A DNA stretch of 64,000 nt, taken from the human T2T-CHM13v2.0 reference genome, Homo sapiens. Numbering within the stretch: the stretch's first letter is position 1; each line of letters starts with the position of its first letter. The notes beneath the pieces were generated by a model. It made no database searches, was not told the DNA's origin, and worked only from the letters and a program-made list of their open reading frames with translations. Positions 13,077 to 28,860 of this stretch are shown in pieces. A program made the translations under genes and the position numbers. The stretch is taken from assembly GCF_009914755.1 (NCBI RefSeq), contig NC_060935.1, one strand, 5' to 3'.

Positions 13077-13299
13077 ACCACAGGCATTTGCATGGGATTT
13101 GGAGCAGCAGCTGTGTTCATGGGTCTTGCAGCCTGAAAGAAGACTCCTTACAAGTAGGTTTTGGCCAATGATTAGCATAAATTAGTAGACTTCTATACTA
13201 GTTTTGCACCATATGTGGTCAAGTGCAGAGAAGAGAATATAAACTGGATGAAGACAAAGCCCTTAACCTATTTTATTGACTGCTGTATCCCCAGTGTAA

Positions 13300-15000
13300 G
13301 TGTACAGTTTTATTAGTTTTGAAAAACATAGTCATATAAAGCCATCATAATCATGAACATTTCTATCACCCCAAAAAGTTCCCTCATGCCTCTCTGCAGT
13401 TAATCTCCTTCCTAAGTCCCAGTCCTTGGCAACCACTGATCTGCTATCACTATAATATGCCTTTTCTACAATTTCCTATAAATGGGATCATACAGAGTAC
13501 AGTCTTGGCTTCTTTTCATTTAGCATTTGATATTTATTCATGCTGCTTTGTGAATCAGTACTGCATTTCCTTTTTATTGTTGAGTAATATTTTCCTTATG
13601 GATATATCACAATTTTTTAATCCATTCACCAACTGATGGACATTTGAGTTATTTCTAATTCTGGGCCATTATAAATAATGTTTCTATTAGTGTTTGGGTA
13701 CAAGTCTGTGTGTCTTTTCTTTCTTTACATTTTTTAAGAAAAAAAAATTGCCATCGATGATAGACCAGATAAAGAAAATGCAGTACATATATATATACAC
13801 GATGGAATACTATGCAGTCATAAAAATGAATGAGATCATGTCCTTTGCAGGGACATGTATGGAGCTGGAAGCCATTATCCTCAGCAAACTGATGCAGGAA
13901 CAGAGAACCAAATACCGCATGTTATCACTTATAAGTGGGAGCTGAACAATGAGAACACATGGACACAGGGAGGGGAACAATGGACACTGGGACCTGTCGA
14001 GGGGCGGGATTGGGGGAGGGAGAGTATTAGGAAAAATAGCTAATGCATGCTGGGCTTAATACCTAGGTGACGGGTTAATAGATGCAGCAAACCACCATAG
14101 CACACATTTACCTATGTAACAAACCTGCACATCCTGCATACGTACCCTGGAACTTAAAATTAAAATTAACATTAATTTTAAAAAGAGAAGTAGTATTTTG
14201 AATGCTCTGCAGCACTACATGGCAGAGGACCCTAGAAAAGCATGAAAGTGTATGGATCAGCTGAATTATGCCCGCTCCCTGCAAATGCATATGGTGAAGT
14301 CTATTTCCTAGTTACCTCAGAATGTGACTGTGTTTGGAGATAGGTCTTTAAAGAGGTGATCATGTAAAAATAAGTTTATATGGATGAGTGAATGCCTAGG
14401 AGAAGAATTGCTAGGAAGTATGTTAGAGTATGTTTAAATTGATAAGAAACAGGTAAACTGTTTTCTCAAGTTGCTGTACTATTTTACATTCCCTACAGCA
14501 ATGTTCAAGGGTTCCAGTTACCCCTCATCCTCACCAATCCTTGTTACTGCAGCCTCTTTCATCGTAGTTGTCTATTGGTTGTGCAATGGCATCTTACTGC
14601 TGATGACTAATGATGTTCAGCCTGTTTTTCATATGCTTATTTGCCATTTGTGTATCTTTTGTGAAATATCTATCAAAATCTTAGCCCATTTTTAACTGAG
14701 TTGTTTTATTATTGAGTTGTAAAAGTCGTTTCTATATTCCGATATAACTTCTTTATCAGATAAAAATTTTGAAAATATTGCCTTCTGCCTATAGCTTTTT
14801 TTCCTATAGTTAACACTGTCTTTTGAAAAATACATTTTTAATTTTTATGGAGACCATATTGTCATTTTGTCTTTCATGGTTTATGTTTTTTGTGCCTTCT
14901 CTAAAAAATTGTTATCTAGCCCAAGATCACAAATACTTTTCCGACAGTTTTTTTCTAAAATTTATAGTATTAACTTTAATATTTATATTATACATTTAGC
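13300..15000 (-). mobile_element. Ancient L1M (L1ME/MB-type) 3' part, interrupted
   Basis: aacatttctatcaccccaaaaagttccctcatgcc and ggcaaccactgatctg 3'-end motifs in antisense. Confidence 0.75.
13749..14170 (+). mobile_element. 5'-truncated L1PA10-13-like 3' end
   Basis: ORF2 C-terminus (...MLSLISGS); 3'UTR ggaaaaatagctaatgcatgctgggcttaatacctagg. Confidence 0.85.
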
Positions 15001-16599
15001 ACATTTTCATATAAGTTATGAGGTATATTCTATACATTTAAGTATGTATCAATTTATTTCTTTTCATCTAGGTTTGATAATGATATAATTTTGATTTTTT
15101 AAAACTGTTTCCCTATCTTTTAGAAATCCATACGAAAAGTCTTAAAAATGAAATGATTACTGGAGGTGTGAGAGAGTAGGCACAAGTATAGTAGTTGTGG
15201 TAAAACAATGTTGACCACAAGTTGATAATTGCTGGAACTGAGAGATGGCTGTATGGGAGTATGCTGTACTAGCCTCTCACTTTAACATATTTGAAATTTT
15301 CTACAATAAAGTTTAAGAAAACATTTGTAACATGAAGAAACTAAGAGCTGAAGAAATATAATTGAGGATATTCATGGGTTTTAATTTATTCCTGGTGAGT
15401 CAGGCTTCAATTGAGTTATCTTATTAGAAAGAAAAAAAAAACAACCAAAACACACAAGGCACATCATGATTATGGTTTATGATCTTAAAATCCCAGATGT
15501 ATTATTTACTAGCCTTATAACTCTACACAATTGCACTCTATGCAATTTGGTTAAAATGAGATTTGTGGTTATGCATTGTAAAGTCTTCACACTTGTGAAG
15601 ATTAAAATTAGAAATAACAGCAAAATGTCTGACACATACAGGTTAATCTTATTTCTTCAATTTCATCCCTTATTCAAAGCCAAGCCAGCTACTGAGCATA
15701 TGTTTCACATTTTAAAATGGATTTGAATAGGATTTAATAACATACTACTCTGATGGCCTATATTAGATGAGTGTAATATGAGTCAAAAGAGCATGCTTTT
15801 CAAGAAATCAAAACTCTTAACTTGGGTTTTGTTTATTTGCCTTAGAAAAACTCTGGTGCAGTCAGTGCTTACATTCTGAGCTCTTACTGTACAATTTCAG
15901 CAGCAGCATCTAATAGAAGTATTGAAAAAAATGATGCCTGCTTTATTTTTCTCCTGCAATAACAGTTTTATTAAAAATGAGAGAGGTAACCATTCCAAGA
16001 ATTAATTTGATAATAAAAAGAAATATACATAATTTTCATTTCTTATAAGTAAATAGAAAATGCATAGTTACCTATTGGGCAACCTTTTACTATTTCTCAT
16101 TTGTCTGTCATATCAACAGAAGAAAAAAAACACTAGTCCTGGGATCTGAGAGATATGAGTTCAATCTTGAGCTTTTTTCTTCCTGGCAAGCTTTGAAAGT
16201 CACTAAATCTCTTTTTTGCCACAATTTTCCCATCTGTCAACTGGAGTTTAACAACGAATGTTTACTGGATGCATACCATGTGCCAGGAACTCTTCTAGAT
16301 GAATAAAACAGAAGTTCCCTACCAATGTACAGTTTACATTCTAGTGGTTAAATAACTTTCCTGGTCATACACTTACTAGGTGACAGAACCATGATTCAAA
16401 GACAGGTAGTCTTGGTATATAGAGTATATACTCCAAACCACTAAGTTATACCATGATTTGTGAAATTAATGAGATGATCTATGACAAATACCTAGATAGG
16501 ATCTCAGTGAACACAGCAATTAAAATTACTTGTTTATTTTCTTTATAAAATCATCTTTACTGAGGCATAATTTACATAAAATAAAATGCATCAGTTTGT

Positions 16600-17334
16600 T
16601 AATTTTATGAGCTCAAAGTTGTTCCTAATATTACCTTGTTGTTATTTTCATATTTTAGTATCTGGTAATTGATAATTGGTATCTTTTTTTTTCTGAGCAG
16701 TCTAGCCAGATGGCCATAGATTTTGTTATTTTCCAAAAGACTAGCTTTTGGTACCACTGATTCTTCTGTATTGTTTTTTTCATTTTGTATTTTATCGTTT
16801 TCTATTCTTGTTTTTACAATTTTCTTCCCTTTACTTACTTTGGGTCTAATTCACTCTTTTTGCAGCTTCTTAAGGTGGAAGTTTAGATTATCAATGAAAC
16901 CTCCTTTCTTTTCTAATGTAAGCAACTAAAGCTAAAAATTTCCCTCTAAACACAACTTTAGCTGCATTTCGCAAATTTCACTATGCTGTGTCTTTATTTT
17001 TAATCCCATTCATATAATTTCCTAATTTCCCTTGAAATTTGTTTTCAGGGCCCCCCCTCCTTCTCTTGTCATTCAGAATTTATTGATTACATTTTGGGTT
17101 TCATTTTATGTCCCCTATTGCATTTACTGACTATACATCTTTGTATTGTTTTAGAGATTGTGCTAGAGTTTATAATATACATCTTAAATTAACACAGTCT
17201 ACCTTAAATACTATTATTTTATTTATAAAAATTTTACAATGGTATACTTTCATATCAACCTGCTATCCTTGCTTTCATACATTTTACTTTTATTTACATC
17301 ATAAAACTGACAAAAAATTTATAATTTGTCTTTC
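16600..17334 (-). mobile_element. Ancient L1M fragment (host of the L1PA4); continues at ~23493-24600
   Basis: aaatttccctctaaacacaactttagctgcatt antisense ORF2 motif. Confidence 0.6.
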
Positions 17335-17567
17335 ACAGTTATCTTTTTTTAATTTTATTATTATTATACTTTAAGTTTTAGGGTACATGTGCACATTGTG
17401 CAGGTTTGTTATATATGTATACATGTGCCATGTTGATGTGCTGCACCCATTAACTCGTCATTTAGCATTAGGTATATCTCCTAATGCTATCCCTCCCCCC
17501 TCCCCCCACCCCACAACAGGCCCCAGTGTGTAATGTTCCCCTTCCTGTGTCCATGTGTTCTCATTGT

Positions 17568-21384
<3,817 letters not shown>

Positions 21385-21447
21385 TATGATGTTAGCTGGT
21401 TATTTTGCTTGATAGTTGATGCAGTTTCTTCCTAGCCTTTATGGTCT

Positions 21448-22461
21448 TTACAATTTGGCATGTTTTTGCAGTGGCTGGTACCAGTTGTTCCTTTCCATGT
21501 TTAGTGCTTCCTTCAGGAGCTCTTTTAGGGCAGGCCTGGTGGTGACAAAATCTCTCAGCATTTGCTTGTCTGTAAAGTATTTTATTTCTCCTTCACTTAT
21601 GAAGCTTAGTTTGGCTGGATGTGAGATTCTGGGTTGAAAATTCTTTTCTTAAAGAATGTTGAATATTGGTCCCCACTCTCTTCTGGCTTGCAGAGTTTCT
21701 GCCGAGAGATCAGCTGTTAGTCTGATGGGCTTCCCTTTGTGGGTAACCTGACCTTCCTCTCTGGCTGCCCTTAACATTTTTTCCTTCATTTCAACTTTGG
21801 TGAATCTGACAATTATGTGTCTTGGACTTGCTCTTCTTGAGGAGTATCTTTGTGGAGTTCTCTGTATTTCCTGAATTTGAATGTTGGCCTGCCTTTCTAG
21901 ATTGGGGAAGTTCTCCTGGATAATATCCTGCAGAGTGTTTTCCAACTTGGTTCCATTCTCCCCGTCACTTTCAGGTACACCAATCAGACGTAGATTTGGT
22001 CTTTTCACATAGTCCCATATTTCTTGGAGGCTTTGTTCATTTCTTTTTATTCTTTTTTCTCTAAATTTCTCTTCTCGCTTCATTTCATTCATTTCATCTT
22101 CCATCACTGATACACTTTCTTCCAGTTGATCTCCTCGGCTACTAAGGCTTCTGCATTCGTCACGTAGCTCTCATGCCTTGGTTTTCAGCTCCATCAGGTC
22201 CTTTAAGGACTTCTCTGCATTGGTTATCCTACTTATCCATTTGTCTAATTTTTTTCAAAGCTTTTTACTTCTTTGCCATTGGTTCGAATTTCCTCCTGTA
22301 GCTCGGAGTAGTTTGATCGTCTGAAGCCTTCTTCTCTCAACTCGTCAAAGTCATTCTCCGTCCAGCTTTGTTCCATTGCTGGTGAGGAGCTGCATTCCTT
22401 TGGAGGAGGAGAGGCGCTCTGATATTTAGAGTTTCCAGTTTTTCTGCTGTTTTTTTCTCAT
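21448..22461 (-). pseudogene. L1 ORF1, disrupted
   Basis: YVKRPNLRLIGVPE...ARREWGPIFNIL peptide; premature stop at 21649. Confidence 0.92.
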
Positions 22462-23043
22462 CTTTGTGGTTTTATCTGCCTTTGGTCTTTCATGATGGTG
22501 ATGTACAGACGGGTTTTTGGTGTGGATGTCCTTTCTGTTTGTTAGTTTTCCTTCTAACAGACAGGACCCTCAGCTGCAGGTCATTTGGAGTTTGCTAGAG
22601 GTCCACTCCAGAACCTGTTTGCCTGGGTATCAGCAGCAGTGGCTGCAGAACAGCGGATATTGGTGAACCGCAGATGCTGCTGCCTGATCGTTCCTCTGGA
22701 AGTTTTGTCTCAGAAAAGTACCCGGCCGTGTGAGGTGTCAGTCCGCTCCCACTGGGGAATGCCTCCCAGTTAGGCTACTCGGGGGTCAGCGACCCACTTG
22801 AGGAGGCAGTCTGCCCATTCTCAGATCTCGAGCTGCGTGCTGGGAGTACCACTACTCTCTTCAAAGCTGTCAGAGAGGGACATTTAAGTCTGCAGAGGTT
22901 ACTGCTCTCTTTTTGTTTGTCTGTGCCCTGTCCCCAGAGGTGGAGCCTACAGAGGCAGGCAGGCCTCCTTGAGTTGCGGTGGGCTCCACCTAGTTGGAGC
23001 TTCCTGGCCGCTTTGTTTACCTAATCAAACAACTAACTGGGCA

Positions 23044-23226
23044 ATGGCGGGCGCCCCTCCCCCAGCCTCACTGCCGCCTTGCGGTTTGATCTCGGACTGC
23101 TGTGCTAGCAATGAGCGAGACTCCGTGGGCATAGGACCCTCTGAGCCAGGTGTGGGATATAAACTTCTGGTGTGCCATTTTTTAAGCCCATTGGAAAAGC
23201 ACAGTATTAGGGTGGGAGTGACCTGA
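23044..23226 (+). pseudogene. L1 antisense ORF0, truncated to 60 aa
   Basis: MAGAPPPASLPPCGLISDCCASN... matches the ORF0 N-terminus; TGA where the L1 consensus has CGA. Confidence 0.85.
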
Positions 23227-23624
23227 TTTTCCAGGTGCCATCTGTCACCGCTTTGACTAGGAAAGGGAATTCCCTGACCCCTTGCGCTTCCCAGGTGAGG
23301 TGATGCCTCGCCCTGCTTCGGCTCTCGCACGGTGTGCTGCACCCACTGTCCTGCACCTACTGTCTGGCACTCCCTAGTGAGATGAACCTGGTACCTCAGT
23401 TGGAAATGCAGAAATCACCCGTCTTCTGTGTCGCTCACGCTGGGAACTGTAGACCGGAGCTGTTCCTATTCGGCCATCTTGGCTCCTCCCCCTAACAGTT
23501 ATCTTTTAACAAAACTTAAATTAGAAAAAAATTTGATCTCTACTCTCTTATTTACCACTTCTAGCAGTCTTCATTCATTTTATATACATACAAATTTTCA
23601 TCTGATAGTGTTTTCCCTCAATAT

Positions 23625-23675
23625 TAAATTTTATAGTGTCTGGTGACACTATAAATTTTATAGTGTCTGGTGACA
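23625..23675. repeat. 24-bp direct duplication with an embedded 11-bp-stem hairpin
   Basis: taaattttatagtgtctggtgaca twice, separated by cta. Confidence 0.92.
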
Positions 23676-25563
23676 AATCTTCTGTTTATCTATTTAAAAA
23701 ATCTTCATTTTGCCCTAATTTTCCAAATAATAAATATTACAGATATTGCATTTTTCTGCTGCGAGTTTTTTAATAGTTTATAATTCTCTTGTTATTTTCA
23801 TGTATTTCATTATATCTTTAAACATTATTAATAATAGCTGTTTAAAAGTTTTGTACCATTTTAGTATATTTTACTGGATGTTGGCCATTACTAATTTTAC
23901 ATTTTGGAACACTGGATTTTGTTTCAGCCTTTAAACAGTGTTGGACCTGGTTCTGACAAGTGGTTAATTTATTTGCCAATAATTTTGATCTTTTCAAAGC
24001 TTCTTTTTCAGTTTGTTGTGGAAGGTCTTGAGTAGCCTTTACGATAGAACTAGTTTGGCCATACTTCTAAAGTATGACCTTTCTGAAGGGTCTACAGCAA
24101 TGTCCTCGATGTTAAATGAGGACTCTCTGCTCTGGCCAGTCAAGATTTGAACATCTTTCAGCCCTGTGTAAGTAATGAGAACTTTCTCAGCATATTACCC
24201 AATTATCTTTCCCAGCCTCTTTGGTTTCCACTGTGTCAATCTGTGGATTTGTATTTAGCATCAGACTCAAGGGAACCCACCGATATGCAGATTTCTGGAG
24301 TTCTTTCTCTGACTAGCTCTTTCCTCTCCTGTAGTCCATCCTGCAAATCCTAGCTGCCCCATTTCTTCACACTGTGATCTCTGTGTTCTCAAATCAGTGT
24401 TCATCCTGGCAGAAAATGATGTTTCTCTGGCAGAAAACCAAAGTGATTTTAGGACTCACCCTATTTGTTTCCCTTCTAAGGGATGAGAGTTCTGGAATGT
24501 CTATTACCCAAAGTTCAAAAATATAATGTTCCATATATTTTATCCATCTAGTTGTTTAAAGTTGGAGGGCTAGGCTAGTCTCAATTATTCTGCCAAACCC
24601 AGAAGTCAAAATCCATCTCATTTTCTTTCTATATTGCAAAAACTATAGCCCCCAACCATCAAATGCCTCAAGAGAAACATCTTAGCAAAGGTGCAGAAGA
24701 ATCATGTCTCTGGCACATACATTTCAGGAATTGATGCTGTAGAATCATGAGACAATCGTTCAGAGAAAGTTTAGGAGAAGAACAGCTGTTTTGGAATTCT
24801 TTGCTACCTGCTGGGAATCACAAGTGATTCATTGTTTTTTTCTGCTCCTAACTATTTTTGGCATAGGTCACTGAATCCAGGCCTTTTTTGTCAGTATTTT
24901 TTCTTCAGCTAGTAAAGCAAGTATATTCCACTGTTTGGCAGTTGGAACAAGCTGCTGATAGGCACTGTCACACTATCATTTGGTTTGCAACTTTGGTGAT
25001 GGCACAAGGAAAAATCCCTCAACTAGGATAACCAGATGGAATACTCAAAGGCAGAGAAAACAGAGAAGACATAATGAACTAAAGATGAATTTATTCCCTC
25101 ATTGTTTATGTTGTAGTGAAGAAATGCCATGAGAGGTGTTGGCAGAAGTTTGACATGAAAGAGCTGAGCATAATCACTTCATTCCTCTTGGCATAGGGCA
25201 GAGCAGTAGGCTGCTCTTGGAAAAGAAAGAGATGTTTCAGGGAAGAGCAACAAAAATAATCAGGCACTAAAAAAAAGAATCTGTGGGGAAAAAGGTTTAT
25301 AAATTGGCATGGTTTATACTATAAAGAGCACTAAGGTGTCTTCACATTTGAATTAGGTTGCATTTATGGAGCACATTAAAGCCCTTTTACAATACACTGC
25401 CGTGTTATCTGATTTTATCATCATAATAACCTGTGAGCATAATGTATTATTTCTATTTTATAGAGACATAGACTAAGGAAAAGAGTTTAAGGGATTTCAC
25501 TCCAGTCACAAAGCCAACTGATGGCAGAGACAAAAATAAAACATGGCTGTTCCAGTCCATTAG

Positions 25564-25825
<262 letters not shown>

Positions 25826-25944
25826 GACGAGTGTATTCTAGCTAGTGATTCTTCATCTCAGTAAAGGATGCCACAAGAGAAAGTAGCTAAATAAATGGAA
25901 TCAAAAGCATAACAGCATCACAAAAGAGTTTCTTGGCATTTTTT

Positions 25945-27690
25945 GGATTTCTAGGTAAAGATGGAAAAATGAATACACATGTTTACTTTCACTACCCATT
26001 CAAAATCTACTAAAATAGTGGAGAGATGTTTTTAAAGGACCAAATCCACAAAAAAAAAATAAAAAAACATAAGGAAACAAAAATAAATTTGGAGGAGATA
26101 TAAAGCAGAAGAAAAATAAATAATATAGCAGATATAAGAAAACTGAATCCTTAGCTGGTAGCCATACACTCCAGGTCCCCAAAAGACTCAGAAATTGGTA
26201 GTATCTGTTATCATGAAAATGAGTGTAAAGGGGGAAAGGCTTCAAAAAGGGAATTATAGTAAGTCCTAGATCCCAACCTACTCTCTATAGCCAGGAAACT
26301 AGCAATGCTCTGCTCCAACAAAATACCTTTTTTGTTTTCTTTTTCTTTTTCTTTTTTCTTTTAATCCTTGAGAAAGGTAAAATAGAGGTACCTCCCTTCT
26401 TGACGGAAGTCACTGAGAACAATTATCCTCAAAAGACACCTTACTAAAAATAAAGATCTCTATCCCACTGGGCTCACCGAGGCTATCAGCTAGACTTCAC
26501 CTTCCAAGAAGGAGACAGAAAATTTTTATTTGCAGAATCTCCCCAGCCCTAGAGGATATAAACATCAGCATTTCCTCATTCAAAAGGCCTAGTTAGAGCA
26601 ACCTGCAAGGGAGCTCTCAGTTGACAAGCTACATCATGTTCATCATGTTCCTATATTTTTAATTAGCTTTTTAATTCCCCTTCTTAAAATCGAACAAAAA
26701 GTCACAGATTATACACATCTAAGGAAAGCTCCTAAATTAAAAGATGCAGGTGGAAGGGAGAGGGAGAGAGGAAGGAATGAGAGAGAGACTATGTAGAGAG
26801 AAGAACCCCACCACCACTACCCACTCACCCACACATAAACAAAAATCCCATCGTTGTGCAATTTCAGGATACTGAAGACAAAGAGAAGATCCCTCAAGCT
26901 GCCAAAAAGAAAAAAATGAGATTCCAAGTGGCTCAATCTCAACACTGTAACCTAGATAACACCGATAGAATCCTTTCTGAATTCCAAACAAAAATGATTT
27001 TCAACCTAGAATTCATTACCAAGCCACATTACTATTTAAAAGTGAAGAAAAAAATAAATATTTTTAAACATGCAAAATTGTTATAAAATTTGTCTTTTAT
27101 GAGAATTAAATAGAAAAGACAAGAAAAATCAGAAACAGGCTATACAACACAGAGAAGAGGTAAAGGGCATCTCACAATGATTATGAACGATGGTCCCAGG
27201 TTGTCAGAGATATACCTAGCAGAAAAGGAACCAATCCAGTTCCTTAGGAATAAGTTAAAAGGATGTAGGAGAAACATCTTTAGGAAGGCAAAATAGAAAA
27301 CTGAATATAAATTAATGCATTCAGAAGCATTCTAGACAGTTGGTGGATAGTCTGAGGTTGGATTAATTATAAGTACATAGAAAATTAAGCAAATAAAAGA
27401 AGACAAATGTAAAAATTATGTAGCAAAATAAAAGTAATCAGACTTTTCTACATGGTGCAGTTGTGATTAGGGAATACATTCAAAACATGTAAATGAGTAT
27501 ATTAAACCAAAGTTAAATCATCACCGTATTGGCAGAATGGGAAATAAAAAGGTTACATATATATAGCAAGGTAGGGAGAGGAAATAATTATATCTTTATT
27601 TTTCATAGAGAAAAATCCATAGCTTGGAAAATGAAAAAGTATCAATGAAAATATGTTATTTAGAGACACTCAGGAGGCACTGAAATAAAT
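25945..27690 (+). mobile_element. Ancient L1ME/HAL1-type 5'UTR-ORF1 remnant
   Basis: aaagatgg start motif; ORF1-like peptide FQDTEDKEKIPQAAKKK. Confidence 0.55.
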
Positions 27691-28329
27691 GTAACACCAG
27701 GTAGTCTGTATGTCTCCAGCTTTGCTGGGAAACATGGAGCCTACCCACCCTACACAACGTCAAAAAGACAACACAGTGTGTTTATTGAAAAGCCTAACCT
27801 ACAGAGCTGAACAAATCTATATTCTAGTTCTGACCCCACCATCAATTGACTGTGATGCCATCGGCAAGTTCCTTAACCACTTTAAGCTGCTGTTTCCATT
27901 TATAAGATGAAAATATAATAATGTCTAAAACATTTTCAGGCACATAATTGGTACTCATACACATATTAAGTGTATATTAGTAAAGAGATAGTGCATATAA
28001 TGTTTCTTACCTGATATATAATAAACATTAAATTAAAATTAGCTTTATGTTTAGAACTGGCCTGTTTATCAGCATGTTCTAAATCTAAGCCCTTCTCTTT
28101 TCTCATGGAGTTAATGGGGAAAATTAGTTATTGCACTGACTTTATTCTTAGAAACTTTGGAGGCATATTTGACTCCTGACATTCTTGACCAACCTCTTGC
28201 AACAATCAATCAATCACTATATTCTATCAATTCTTCCTTTATATCCTCTGCCACAATAGCTCCTTCCTCTTCTAAATACTTTTATTTTCTAGTACTTGTC
28301 TTCAACAAAATCTTCGTAAATGGTTTCAC

Positions 28330-28860
28330 TGCCTCACATTATTTTCTCTTCAAATATAACCTCTATCTTTCTGTTAGAGTCATCTTTCTAAAAAGATAAA
28401 TGTAATCATGTCACATTTGCACTAATACTTTCTAGAGCACCTCTTTACTTGTAGTAGGTAGCCCAAACTCTTCACAGCATGTCCACCAAGCCTCTATACA
28501 ATCTAATCCAAATCTACCTTAATTTTGTCTCCTAATATTCTCAAGCTTTCTTCTGTCCAGCTAGCTTTCCTCCTCCATATTGCCCAGTCATATTCCGTTC
28601 TACAAGTCCATACCCATGCCATTCTCTTTCTCACTTTTGAGGCTTTGCACGTGCTACTGTCTCTGCCTGGAATGCTTTTCTTTCTTCCCTTTTTCACTTG
28701 GCAAACATGCTATACATTAGTTGATTGTTGGTCTCCCCAACTATACTGTAAATTCCTTAAAGTTTGCACTGTGTTATTTCTACACAGCCTGCCCAGCACC
28801 TAAGGCGGGCCTTTGCCCATAATAGGTGCTAAATAATTGCTTGTTGACTAAAGGAATGAT
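28330..28860 (+). mobile_element. L2 3' region
   Basis: ggctttgcacgtgctactgtctctgcctggaatgc and ataataggtgctaaataattgcttgttga terminus. Confidence 0.7.
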
